In this document: positions 54,109 to 63,155 of the stretch, piece after piece | Position numbering within the stretch: the first letter of the stretch is position 1 | How the letters are laid out: the number at the start of each line of letters is the position of its first letter | Virus record (IMG/VR): IMGVR_UViG_3300028887_000105 | Direction: 5' to 3' (one strand) | Source: a virus | Lineage: Duplodnaviria; Heunggongvirae; Uroviricota; Caudoviricetes | DNA length: 64,000 nucleotides | Translations under genes and position numbers: made by a program | Notes under the pieces: model-generated | Seen by the model: the letters and a program-made list of their open reading frames with translations, nothing else | The model's database searches: none | Told to the model about the DNA's origin: nothing

Positions 54109-54372
54109 ATGACAAAAGATAAACTTGAAATACTAAATAGTTTAAAAAAACGTATTGAAGAATACGAACGTGCGCTTAAAAAACTCGCATTGAACGGTAG
54201 TAATCGTGAACATGGAATACATGATTATCAATTTGGGTTGCTTTGGGAAAATCCAGTTTCATTTGATTATGAGCGTTCCATCGTATTTGTTGATGATAAA
54301 TTAACAAAAGAATTCACTGTAATATTAGAAAAACGGCTTGAAGAATTGAAAAAACAATTTAATGAATTATGA
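54109..54372 (+). CDS. hypothetical protein
   Basis: 87-aa ORF. Confidence 0.45.
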   Translation: MTKDKLEILNSLKKRIEEYERALKKLALNGSNREHGIHDYQFGLLWENPVSFDYERSIVFVDDKLTKEFTVILEKRLEELKKQFNEL

Positions 54373-54590
54373 GTATAACTGGAATAATTATTTTATTTGT
54401 ATACCTTTTTGGGTTTGCAATTTCTTTTTGGATATTAGCAGCATATATAAGAAATAATGCTGATTACATAACCTTGTCAGAATTAGTGTGGATGTCGTTT
54501 TTGTCATTATTTTCTTGGATTGTTGCGTTTTCATTGTATATGGCTATATATAGTGACAAACCAATTATTAAATTTAAGAAAAAACATTAA
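54369..54590 (+). CDS. small membrane protein, paralog of 29870
   Basis: 73 aa; see 29870. Confidence 0.55.
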   Translation: MSITGIIILFVYLFGFAISFWILAAYIRNNADYITLSELVWMSFLSLFSWIVAFSLYMAIYSDKPIIKFKKKH

Positions 54591-54593
54591 AAT

Positions 54594-55361
54594 ATGGTAG
54601 AAAAATTACAACATATTACGTTTACTGGTGTCGACGGTAAAACCGACCTTGGTAGAATGTATGAAATTCAGGAAAAGTATCCACTTGTAGAGTGGGGCGT
54701 TCTCGTTGCCAAGAATTGGAGAGAGAACGGTAATCGTTATTTCAATCCAAGTTATCTTAGTGCATTAGACGGCACTGGATTAAAACTATCTGCACATATG
54801 TGTGGTAGTATTGCCCGCGCTGCAGTACAAGGTGATCTTAACCCATTCTTTGATTGGAGTAGAGGATATTGTCATATGTTTAATCGTTGTCAATTGAACA
54901 TTTCAACTTCAAAAGAAAACCCTGCAATTTTCAAGTATGAAGGTGATATATCAAATTATTTCAATGAAGTAATTCTTCAGCAAAAATCAGTACGTGACTG
55001 TGAATTATATGTTAAAAGTAAACTACACAGAATCGACGAAGCAAGGAAAGATGGAATCACCTGTCTTATTGGTGCCGTAGCATTTGACAGGATTACTATG
55101 CTGCTTGATGCGTCTGGTGGTCTTGGTATTGATACACCTGTTGAAGTATATCCTAATATAGATAAAGTTGGATATGCTGGCGGTATGAATGCATATAACG
55201 TTGCTGATAAGTTGGAATATCTTCTTACCAATGACGACGTTCATGATTTCTGGATTGATATGGAATCTGGCGTACGTACAGATGATTGGTTCGATCTTGA
55301 CAAGGTTGAAGAGGTCCTTGAAATATGCCAGGGTGTAATAAATAAACACAGTAATAAATAA
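54594..55361 (+). CDS. hypothetical protein (possibly alpha/beta-barrel enzyme; not assignable)
   Basis: 255-aa ORF. Confidence 0.55.
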   Translation: MVEKLQHITFTGVDGKTDLGRMYEIQEKYPLVEWGVLVAKNWRENGNRYFNPSYLSALDGTGLKLSAHMCGSIARAAVQGDLNPFFDWSRGYCHMFNRCQLNISTSKENPAIFKYEGDISNYFNEVILQQKSVRDCELYVKSKLHRIDEARKDGITCLIGAVAFDRITMLLDASGGLGIDTPVEVYPNIDKVGYAGGMNAYNVADKLEYLLTNDDVHDFWIDMESGVRTDDWFDLDKVEEVLEICQGVINKHSNK

Positions 55362-55365
55362 AGAT

Positions 55366-55629
55366 ATGAACGAGAAACTGGATATTAAAAAGGCTCTTGA
55401 ATTATCTTGTGAGATATTTTTAAATCTTGCCAGTCCTAAGATGTGGGGTTTAAAACCCGAAAAGGGTTGGTGTAGACCTTGTGTAATTGAACACGAGGGT
55501 GAATATTACTGTTTAAGAAACCCGAACGAAGAGGTTTATTTCGAAGAGGCTTATTCTGATTTTACAGAAGATATAAAAAACGGAGTTTATGTTCCGACTG
55601 GAATAAAAGTAAATGAATCATATTTATAA
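55366..55629 (+). CDS. hypothetical protein
   Basis: 87-aa ORF. Confidence 0.45.
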   Translation: MNEKLDIKKALELSCEIFLNLASPKMWGLKPEKGWCRPCVIEHEGEYYCLRNPNEEVYFEEAYSDFTEDIKNGVYVPTGIKVNESYL

Positions 55630-55877
55630 TGGAAAAACCAATAGATAGACTATACAAATTTCTCCAAGATAACCACCCTGGTTATGACGAGTGTATGGTA
55701 TGCAAATGTAAAGAAAAAGATTATGAAGGAAACGATAAAATTGAATACCTAATAATCGAAAAACATGAATGTGCTAGTGGAGATTTATTTCTCATTAACA
55801 CACGTTTGTGGTATGATTACGATTTCAAGTGGAGAGACGGAGATCCTAATTGGGAAATAATTTTTAAAAGTAAATAA
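55629..55877 (+). CDS. hypothetical Cys-containing protein
   Basis: 82-aa ORF. Confidence 0.45.
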   Translation: MEKPIDRLYKFLQDNHPGYDECMVCKCKEKDYEGNDKIEYLIIEKHECASGDLFLINTRLWYDYDFKWRDGDPNWEIIFKSK

Positions 55878-55878
55878 T

Positions 55879-56085
55879 ATGAAAGTAAGAGTAATTACAA
55901 GAGGTCCATTATTTTATTCTCAGTATTACAATGAGGATAAATCAAAATGGTGTGAAACACATAGGCACGATGGTGCTTCTATTCAAAATCAGTTTAGTAC
56001 GATACAGGAGGCTATTGAAGAATGCAAATGGTTTGCAGAAAATAGTAACCAACCTAAAGTTGTTTGGGAAGGAGTAGTAGCATGA
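55879..56085 (+). CDS. hypothetical protein
   Basis: 68-aa ORF. Confidence 0.45.
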   Translation: MKVRVITRGPLFYSQYYNEDKSKWCETHRHDGASIQNQFSTIQEAIEECKWFAENSNQPKVVWEGVVA

Positions 56086-56369
56086 AATATACAACATTTG
56101 AAATAAAAGAAGTGGAGATAGACGTTGATTTTCAAAAGATATACGACTATATCTCCAGTGAAGATCACACAGATGATATTAATATCATAGGCGAAGATTT
56201 CGGTGATAATTTCCAACACTATATGTGGCAAGCCCTTGGCATTGAAATGGATAATGGATTCCTTGGTAGAGTACCGTCTGAATTTGATGGTCGTTATCTT
56301 GAACTCAATGATTTGGAAGATAAAATCTGTGACGATTTCTACGAGTGGTTAAAAGAAAACAAGAAGTAA
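56082..56369 (+). CDS. hypothetical acidic protein
   Basis: non-overlapping ATG inside track ORF 56064. Confidence 0.45.
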   Translation: MKYTTFEIKEVEIDVDFQKIYDYISSEDHTDDINIIGEDFGDNFQHYMWQALGIEMDNGFLGRVPSEFDGRYLELNDLEDKICDDFYEWLKENKK

Positions 56370-56370
56370 T

Positions 56371-56721
56371 ATGGAACGAGTAATAGCAGCAGCATATAAG
56401 GTAAAACCTGAATTTGTATGCCATAAAAAACATGGCATAGCCAAGGTTGGTACTAATAGAACTGAGGTGGATGATATCTATCAGTGCAGAATTGGTCGGC
56501 ACCACGCAGAGATACTTCATATATTTGGTAAAGAAGTTGATCATCATACAGATGGATTCTATACTTCTTATGGTAGATATGTAGACAGAGAAGAAGCGGC
56601 AAAGATTGCTATTGCTGCAGGACAAATAAAAGAATGTCACTATTGGGGTCATAACAAACTTGATTCCAGTGACCTTTTTGATTTAGATTACGATGGTTAT
56701 CCAATAGAATTTGATGAATAA
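56371..56721 (+). CDS. hypothetical His-rich protein
   Basis: 116 aa; GRHHAEILH...DHHTDG. Confidence 0.5.
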   Translation: MERVIAAAYKVKPEFVCHKKHGIAKVGTNRTEVDDIYQCRIGRHHAEILHIFGKEVDHHTDGFYTSYGRYVDREEAAKIAIAAGQIKECHYWGHNKLDSSDLFDLDYDGYPIEFDE

Positions 56722-56728
56722 ATGAATT

Positions 56729-57163
56729 ATGAAAACAAGTGAACTTCAAAACGAAACCAGTTCTTTGATAAAAGAACATAGCAAATTGTATAAATTAATT
56801 GACGAAAAAGAAGAAGCCATTACAGTTAAAGCAAGGGAATTACTAAATGAATTGCGTAAACTGGATAATTGGGAGGTAATGATTGACGAGTGTAAAGACC
56901 ACTATGAACGATTTCCTGACGAATTCTTTGATTGGTGTCATGTAGAATTTGAAAAAAATAAGGTTTATTTTGTGAAGAATTATAGTGATGACGATGACGA
57001 TTATTATGTTCTTACTATTGATTTGTCTAAGCCTTTAGAAGATCAAATAAAGGAAAAACAAGAAAAGATAAAAAAAGACGAGGAAAAAGAAAAAGAAAAA
57101 ATTAAGGCAAAAGAACTTGCCGAATTAAACCGTTTAAAAGAAAAATATGAAACATTACGATAG
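56729..57163 (+). CDS. coiled-coil hypothetical protein
   Basis: 144 aa; KEKEKIKAKELAELNRLKEKYE. Confidence 0.5.
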   Translation: MKTSELQNETSSLIKEHSKLYKLIDEKEEAITVKARELLNELRKLDNWEVMIDECKDHYERFPDEFFDWCHVEFEKNKVYFVKNYSDDDDDYYVLTIDLSKPLEDQIKEKQEKIKKDEEKEKEKIKAKELAELNRLKEKYETLR

Positions 57164-57824
57164 TATACCGAGAATACAAGATGATGGCACTTTGAAAGGT
57201 GAAATGGTTGTAGGTTATAACAAACTGGATGGCCAAAACTTTTGTGTAGCATATAATTGTAGAAAGAAAACCTGGGGTCCTTACGGTTCCAGGACAGTGA
57301 CTGTAGATGAAAACTCTGAACAGTTTGGAGAAACTGTAAAGTTCTTTAACAACTCTGATTACAAGGAGATTCTGGAAAGAATTGTGAAGGAGTTTTCTGG
57401 AAAGGGTGACGTGTTTAACGGTGTTGATGAAATCACATTCATATTTGAATGGTATGGATGGAATTCATTTGCTGGGAAGCATAAAGAAGGTGATACGATG
57501 AACCTGGCTCTTATTGATGTATTCCTCAAAAAGAGAGGTTATATTGAACCAAAGAATTATGAAATGTGTTTCAGATATTGTGGTATTGAACTTCCCGATC
57601 TAATTTATTCAGGGCCGCTAAATAGCGAAATTATTGAAAAAGTTCAGAACAACGACTGGACACAACCTGATTGTTGGAATCCACACGTTCACGAAGGTGT
57701 TGTATTTAAAAGAACAACATTGCTTAAGGGTCAGCGTAGACCGTCTGTAAAGGTAAAAACAAAGTGGTGGATAGATAAACTTCATTCAATGTATAGTGAA
57801 GAGGAATGTAAAAAACTTGAGTAA
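57147..57824 (+). CDS. Rnl2-like adenylyltransferase-domain RNA ligase (stand-alone NTase domain)
   Basis: motif I YNKLDGQN (KxDG), III ITFIFEWYG, IV HEGVVFKR (EGxxxK), V VKVKTK; size/layout like T4 Rnl2 N-terminal domain. Confidence 0.75.
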   Translation: MKHYDSIPRIQDDGTLKGEMVVGYNKLDGQNFCVAYNCRKKTWGPYGSRTVTVDENSEQFGETVKFFNNSDYKEILERIVKEFSGKGDVFNGVDEITFIFEWYGWNSFAGKHKEGDTMNLALIDVFLKKRGYIEPKNYEMCFRYCGIELPDLIYSGPLNSEIIEKVQNNDWTQPDCWNPHVHEGVVFKRTTLLKGQRRPSVKVKTKWWIDKLHSMYSEEECKKLE

Positions 57825-57825
57825 T

Positions 57826-58218
57826 ATGACACCTGAAGAATTTAATACTAAAGTAGACTCTTTGAAAAAAGAATTTGACGATGTGGTTTATGAATATATA
57901 GATTCCAATAAAAAATATAGTATTGGTGATATTTTGAGGATATCATTCACTAAACGTGAAAAGAAATATTCATACAATTGTAAGATTGTAAACGTATATC
58001 TTAAACCAAATATGGTCGCATTATCATTAACACAATGGCCAACATCAACCATACACTATTTTGCAAGATATTGTTGGAAAGATAAAGAATCTGGAGATAT
58101 TGTAATTGGTGACCATTGTCCGATTGGTTATCTTGAAGGTGGGCATATTATTTGTGGCCATTTAGGAATAGATATGGATACATTAAAAATAGAAGTTATT
58201 GGAGTAAAAGATTTGTAA
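57826..58218 (+). CDS. hypothetical protein
   Basis: non-overlapping ATG inside track ORF 57796. Confidence 0.5.
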   Translation: MTPEEFNTKVDSLKKEFDDVVYEYIDSNKKYSIGDILRISFTKREKKYSYNCKIVNVYLKPNMVALSLTQWPTSTIHYFARYCWKDKESGDIVIGDHCPIGYLEGGHIICGHLGIDMDTLKIEVIGVKDL

Positions 58219-58219
58219 T

Positions 58220-58507
58220 ATGGAAACACAAACTAGAACAAAGACTGTAGATTATACAGTGTACGTCGCAGAAGACGGTAAAGAATTTGATAAGAAGTCA
58301 GATTGCGAACTCCACGAGAAGTTCCTACATGGAGACGCAAAAGAATGCCCTGAATGTCACGGAAAGGGTGAATTATGGGAAGAGTATGAAGATACCAATT
58401 ACCACACAGGAGCACCTGAGACATATACACGTTTTTATAAATGTCCTAAGTGCCAGGGTAAAGGTTATTTAATTAAGAAAGTTAAAACACAAACTTTTTG
58501 GGTATAA
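58220..58507 (+). CDS. Zn-binding hypothetical protein
   Basis: 95 aa; CPECHGKG ... CPKCQGKG. Confidence 0.5.
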   Translation: METQTRTKTVDYTVYVAEDGKEFDKKSDCELHEKFLHGDAKECPECHGKGELWEEYEDTNYHTGAPETYTRFYKCPKCQGKGYLIKKVKTQTFWV

Positions 58508-58508
58508 T

Positions 58509-59165
58509 ATGGATAAAGATTTTGAACAATACAAACAAGAGGCAAAGGACCGACTATTGAAAGCAATAGAGGAACAGGACAAACTTATCAAAGCAAAGGA
58601 AGAACTTATTAAGGAACTTCAGACTGACTTTGATAGGATTGCTCGTTTTCAGCCTGGTAGTTTTATTGTTAATGAATATGGGCGTGGTTTAGAACCAACT
58701 TATTTTCTAATTGTTGGTATGCCGATAATTGAGGCGGGTAAGATAAAAATACCAATTAGACACCATATTTATCCAATCTTTCATGGGACATCCATTTCTC
58801 TGAATATGTCTGGTGTTATTGATATGGTAGTGGCACCACTGGATAAGATGGATAAAATTAAAATTATCACCGCCCAAGAGTATTTTGAATTACAGAAGTC
58901 TAAATTAAAAGATGATTTCGAAAAAAGTATTCCTGCCTATGAAAAACGTATTGAAAACTGCAGAGAAGAAATCAACGAAATTAAGAAAGATATAAAACAC
59001 TATCAAGATATAATTAAGGAATATAAATCGATTGATTTTGACACGGTGTATTCCGAATATATTGATAAATATTTGAAAACTGATAGATACAATGATGCGG
59101 TGTTCAAAACTAAAAAATCAAACTATTGTGATTCATATAGATATAATATAGATTTAAATGTATAA
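58509..59165 (+). CDS. coiled-coil hypothetical protein
   Basis: 218-aa ORF. Confidence 0.5.
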   Translation: MDKDFEQYKQEAKDRLLKAIEEQDKLIKAKEELIKELQTDFDRIARFQPGSFIVNEYGRGLEPTYFLIVGMPIIEAGKIKIPIRHHIYPIFHGTSISLNMSGVIDMVVAPLDKMDKIKIITAQEYFELQKSKLKDDFEKSIPAYEKRIENCREEINEIKKDIKHYQDIIKEYKSIDFDTVYSEYIDKYLKTDRYNDAVFKTKKSNYCDSYRYNIDLNV

Positions 59166-59167
59166 CT

Positions 59168-59356
59168 ATGATAATCGTTAAAGATTTAAGAGTACACAAC
59201 AAGTACAGATTCACACATTTGGGCTGTTGTGAGTTCATTGCAGAAGGTAATGAATTTAAATGGACAACTGTAGGATATAATGAAACAGTTGCCGATGTTA
59301 TTTGTCCACAGTGTGGTAAACAATTTTATGATAGTCCAACAGTAATACCAGAATAA
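59168..59356 (+). CDS. small Zn-ribbon protein
   Basis: 62 aa; GCCEF...CPQCG. Confidence 0.45.
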   Translation: MIIVKDLRVHNKYRFTHLGCCEFIAEGNEFKWTTVGYNETVADVICPQCGKQFYDSPTVIPE

Positions 59357-59358
59357 TT

Positions 59359-59751
59359 ATGGAACAGTTTGTTTGTACAACAATAGAACAGAGTAAGGCA
59401 TTGCTTGACGCAGGCCTGGACATTGAATCTGCAGATATGTATTATCGTTACGATTATAACGAACATACCTGTGAAAACAGTGTACCAAAAATACTTGAAG
59501 TATCAGTATGGGATGATCCTAATTGTAAAGATATACCAGCCTGGAGTGTTGGTAAATTGATCAATCTTATGCCTGATACAATGTATGGGCCATATCCGCC
59601 CGATCATTCAACGGACCTTATGATAAATAATAAGGTAGTTAATTACTTTGACTGGACTGGAATGCAACATGGTCCCGATTTTACTGGCGGCAGTTTACGA
59701 GATAACTGTGTAGAAACAATAAAATGGCTATTAAAAAACGAAATCATATGA
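59359..59751 (+). CDS. paralog family B protein
   Basis: TTIEQSKALLDAGLD ... PAWSVGKLINLMPD; similar to 9114. Confidence 0.55.
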   Translation: MEQFVCTTIEQSKALLDAGLDIESADMYYRYDYNEHTCENSVPKILEVSVWDDPNCKDIPAWSVGKLINLMPDTMYGPYPPDHSTDLMINNKVVNYFDWTGMQHGPDFTGGSLRDNCVETIKWLLKNEII

Positions 59752-60038
59752 CAAAGACATTTAGACAATTAGAACGAGGTGATAAGATTTTAGTTAAAAA
59801 CATAACAAAACATGTACCTTGCAATGTTACAATAGACGACCATCATTACATAACGGAAGTTGTTAGTGAAGATAAAACAATGACTATTGACACATTCTCT
59901 CATTATGATAATGGTCTTGGAGGTAAGTTGGTAGAGTTTTATGCATATCCTTATTTAGGTGTAACTCTCAGATTTGAAATGGCTGTAGACGACTTAGATA
60001 AAACAGAAACAGAAAAATATAAAATATTAGACATATGA
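59748..60038 (+). CDS. hypothetical protein
   Basis: non-overlapping ATG inside track ORF 59724. Confidence 0.45.
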   Translation: MTKTFRQLERGDKILVKNITKHVPCNVTIDDHHYITEVVSEDKTMTIDTFSHYDNGLGGKLVEFYAYPYLGVTLRFEMAVDDLDKTETEKYKILDI

Positions 60039-60433
60039 CAAATCAAGATAAAGAACTATTATTGAAAGACCTTTGTGGAAGGTTGTATTATGGCGTTAAA
60101 TTTCACTATTTCTCAGAATTTGCTGATGGTGAAGACCCAGAATTTGATAATACTATCGTAATGATAGATATGGCTGATGAGCAAATCCTTGACGAAGACC
60201 ATGAAGATTATATTCCAATCAGACAGATAGTGCCGTATCTCCGTCCATTATCTAGTATGACTGATGAAGAAGATAAAGAATTTGCTCTTCTTCAAACTGA
60301 CTTTTATGTTGATGGGTTTCTTTATCCAATTGCAGCAGTAAATATGATTAATTGGCTTAATAAACATCATTTTGACTACAATGGATTAATTGAAAAAGGC
60401 TTAGCATTGGAGGCACCTAAAGATATGTATTAA
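60035..60433 (+). CDS. tandem family copy 1 (DLCGRLYYGV / YLRPLSSMTDEE / HHFDYNGLIEKGLALEAPKDMY)
   Basis: 132 aa; family motifs. Confidence 0.6.
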   Translation: MTNQDKELLLKDLCGRLYYGVKFHYFSEFADGEDPEFDNTIVMIDMADEQILDEDHEDYIPIRQIVPYLRPLSSMTDEEDKEFALLQTDFYVDGFLYPIAAVNMINWLNKHHFDYNGLIEKGLALEAPKDMY

Positions 60434-60435
60434 TT

Positions 60436-60840
60436 ATGGAAAAAGAAAAACAATATTTTAAGACTCAGATTACACGCAATGGATTAGATCTTATCGTTAA
60501 AGATATGTCTGCTCGTATAGCATACGGAGTAATGGTTTCCGATGTACATATGGATGGAGATGTATTAACCTCGCCATATAAATTGTGGGATATTATTATT
60601 GATGACTGGTACGATGAAAATTTTGATAATTACCAAATGTGCTATCTTCGTCCCATGTCAAGTATGACAAAAAAAGAAAAAGAAGAGTTTGAAAAAACTT
60701 GTTTCTTTTCCAATGAGATTGGTACTATTCAAACTATAGAAAGTGCTGATTGGTTAAATGCACATCACTTTGATTACCGTGGTTTAATTGAATTAGGTTT
60801 AGCATTTAAGGCCCCTAAAGATATGTATAAATTCGAATAA
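60436..60840 (+). CDS. tandem family copy 2 (divergent N-terminus; CYLRPMSSMTKKEKEEF / HHFDYRGLIELGLAFKAPKDMYKFE)
   Basis: 134 aa. Confidence 0.6.
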   Translation: MEKEKQYFKTQITRNGLDLIVKDMSARIAYGVMVSDVHMDGDVLTSPYKLWDIIIDDWYDENFDNYQMCYLRPMSSMTKKEKEEFEKTCFFSNEIGTIQTIESADWLNAHHFDYRGLIELGLAFKAPKDMYKFE

Positions 60841-60842
60841 TT

Positions 60843-61277
60843 ATGACACAAGAAGAAAAAGAATTATTAGCAAAAGATATTTTTAGTCGTGCAATGTGTG
60901 GATTAAAGGTACAATATCATGGAGAAATATATACTTTGGGATATAACCTTTATCTGGAAGAAAGTTCAACAGCGTTTGAAAGTTATCCAATGAAATGTTT
61001 TCTAAGTAAGATTGAGGAAATTAAACCCTATCTTCGCCCAATGTCAAGTATGACTGAGGAAGAACGTAATGATTTTGAAGATGAATCTCATGGCTGGTTT
61101 TATGTTAATGATGATGGTGAAATATATCCTATTGGTCAATTTACTGATAGTGGTGAATTTGAAGATGGAATATTAGGTGGTATAGAATATTTAAATAAAA
61201 ACCATTTTGATTACCGTGGTTTAATTCATAGAGAACTTGCTCTTGAAGCACCTGAAGATATGTATAAAACAAAATAA
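60843..61277 (+). CDS. tandem family copy 3
   Basis: 144 aa; MTQEEKELLAKDIFSRAMCGL / YLRPMSSMTEEERNDF / HFDYRGLIHRELALEAPEDMY. Confidence 0.6.
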   Translation: MTQEEKELLAKDIFSRAMCGLKVQYHGEIYTLGYNLYLEESSTAFESYPMKCFLSKIEEIKPYLRPMSSMTEEERNDFEDESHGWFYVNDDGEIYPIGQFTDSGEFEDGILGGIEYLNKNHFDYRGLIHRELALEAPEDMYKTK

Positions 61278-61279
61278 CT

Positions 61280-61729
61280 ATGACACAAGAAGATAAAGAA
61301 CTATTATTGACAGACATTTGTGCAAGACTACCTTATGGTGTTAAAGTAGAAAATACAAGTTTTTCAGAATCACAAATACATACACTGTTCGGTAGAGTTT
61401 CTGATGATGAATTTCTGATGTTAGAAACATATAAAAGTGTTGGTGGTGAAGATTATAGAAGAGTTACCGATGATATACATTATACAGGTTATTTAGAAAA
61501 CATTAAACCTTATCTCCGTCCTATGTCAAGTATGACTGAAAAGGAATGTTATGAATTGCATTTCATTAGAAGCAATTTTACGGATAATTGGAAGTACATC
61601 AAGACTCCGATTCCGTTGAGTATCGCTAACTATAATCAAGTCGATTGGCTCAACAGTCATCACTTTGATTATCGAGGTTTAATTGAAAAAGGGCTTGCAC
61701 TTGAAGCACCTGCAGATATGTATAAATAA
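61280..61729 (+). CDS. tandem family copy 4
   Basis: 149 aa; MTQEDKELLLTDICARLPYGV / YLRPMSSMTEKECYEL / HHFDYRGLIEKGLALEAPADMY. Confidence 0.6.
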   Translation: MTQEDKELLLTDICARLPYGVKVENTSFSESQIHTLFGRVSDDEFLMLETYKSVGGEDYRRVTDDIHYTGYLENIKPYLRPMSSMTEKECYELHFIRSNFTDNWKYIKTPIPLSIANYNQVDWLNSHHFDYRGLIEKGLALEAPADMYK

Positions 61730-61740
61730 CTTTTATTGAT

Positions 61741-61941
61741 ATGATAAAGACATGTTACTATGCTATTATAGATAAATGGTATGATACGTATATTGGCAAT
61801 GACAACAAGAAACACCGTAAATACTATACTAATATAATACATTATATGGAAGGTGGATATCCAATGAAATACATAGAAAATATTAATAAACTACCTAGAC
61901 ATCAATATAGTTATATTTGGAGTTTTTGTCCAATTAAGTAA
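61741..61941 (+). CDS. hypothetical Tyr-rich protein inserted in tandem array
   Basis: 66-aa ORF. Confidence 0.4.
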   Translation: MIKTCYYAIIDKWYDTYIGNDNKKHRKYYTNIIHYMEGGYPMKYIENINKLPRHQYSYIWSFCPIK

Positions 61942-61954
61942 ATAATAGATAGAT

Positions 61955-62314
61955 ATGACACAGGAAGATAAAGAATTATTATTGAAAGATCTTTGTGCAA
62001 GGTTACCTTATGGCGTAATGTTATATGTTGAAGGTATAAAGAAAAATATTAAGTTATTTGCAGTTGAAGATACTGGAATAAACGGTTTTCAATTTCAGTT
62101 TGTTAAACCATATCTCCGTTCAATGTCTTCGATGACAGAAGATGAAATAGAAGAATATAATAATATAACTCTTATTCATACTCCTTGGGGCATTATGACA
62201 GACAGAATAATCGAATTAATCAATTTTCTCAACTCTCGCCACTTTGACTACAGAGGACTCATAGATAAAGGTATTGCACTTGAAGCACCTAAAGATATGT
62301 ATAAATTTGATTAA
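61955..62314 (+). CDS. tandem family copy 5
   Basis: 119 aa; MTQEDKELLLKDLCARLPYGV / YLRSMSSMTEDEIEEY / HFDYRGLIDKGIALEAPKDMYKFD. Confidence 0.6.
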   Translation: MTQEDKELLLKDLCARLPYGVMLYVEGIKKNIKLFAVEDTGINGFQFQFVKPYLRSMSSMTEDEIEEYNNITLIHTPWGIMTDRIIELINFLNSRHFDYRGLIDKGIALEAPKDMYKFD

Positions 62315-62315
62315 T

Positions 62316-62477
62316 TATGAAAAAATATCACTCAAAAGGTACATGTTCTCAATGTCTTTTTGGTCCATATTATAAAAATGGTAAGAATTGGTGTACTGAG
62401 CATAATAGAGAAATTAAAAATCCAAATATAGAACATTGTAATCAATTTTGGAGAGGTGATTTTGCAAAAAGAAAATA
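62316..62477 (+). CDS. small Cys-containing protein
   Basis: 53 aa; CSQCLFGPYY...C. Confidence 0.3.
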
Positions 62478-62488
62478 ATTTAAAAATT

Positions 62489-62644
62489 ATGACACAAGAA
62501 GAAATTAAACAATATCTTAAAGACAATTTGAAATTGGGATATTTTAAATATAGATCGTGCGGTCAAAATTACATAGGTTTTAAACTTACGTTAGGCGAAG
62601 AAATAATCAGTGAAATTAGACCAAGTATAAAATCCTTTTTTTAA
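62489..62644 (+). CDS. small hypothetical protein (MTQEE start)
   Basis: 51 aa inside track ORF 62456. Confidence 0.35.
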   Translation: MTQEEIKQYLKDNLKLGYFKYRSCGQNYIGFKLTLGEEIISEIRPSIKSFF

Positions 62645-62646
62645 TT

Positions 62647-62826
62647 ATGATCACAGTAATAAATAATTACATACAGTGTGACGAATGTGGTAGGGATTTG
62701 GCATATGACAATAGTGATACCTATGAATCCTGGAACTGGAACCATAGATATAGAGTAATATATTTGGATTGCCCTAAATGTGGTAATTCTATTGCAATAA
62801 GACGATTAGAAGAAAAAAATGTATAA
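62647..62826 (+). CDS. small Zn-ribbon protein
   Basis: 59 aa; CDECG ... CPKCG. Confidence 0.3.
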   Translation: MITVINNYIQCDECGRDLAYDNSDTYESWNWNHRYRVIYLDCPKCGNSIAIRRLEEKNV

Positions 62827-62828
62827 TT

Positions 62829-63155
62829 ATGTACAGAAAGTATGGAATAGCAATTTTACCTTGGAGAGGGGACCCAAAAACATTAATCGAATGGAGAAGT
62901 GAAGATGATGCATTCGTTAATGTAAGTGATGAACATTTTGGAGGTATACCAGAAGACAAGGTTGATTTTGATATTGATCACGTCGTAGATTTTCTATTAG
63001 GTGAAGGAAGATACCAAATGGGATTATACTTACCTGATGAAATATTAAAATTAATGAAACAAAGATGCCCAGAATCGGAAACTTGGTTGATGGGACAAAT
63101 TGATTATATGATTAGGCAAAACAGAAGATATTATGACACAAGAAGAATTATTTGA
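62829..63155 (+). CDS. hypothetical protein
   Basis: 108-aa ORF. Confidence 0.5.
   Translation: MYRKYGIAILPWRGDPKTLIEWRSEDDAFVNVSDEHFGGIPEDKVDFDIDHVVDFLLGEGRYQMGLYLPDEILKLMKQRCPESETWLMGQIDYMIRQNRRYYDTRRII

Noticed and set aside
54594-55361. Attempted to assign ORF 54594 to a TIM-barrel enzyme (TrpF/HisA/OMP-decarboxylase-like)
   Set aside because: No diagnostic motif could be matched by eye; left hypothetical.
56371-56721. HD or 2H phosphoesterase call from GRHH/DHHTDG His pairs
   Set aside because: Neither the H..HD..D pattern nor the paired HxT/S motifs is correctly spaced.
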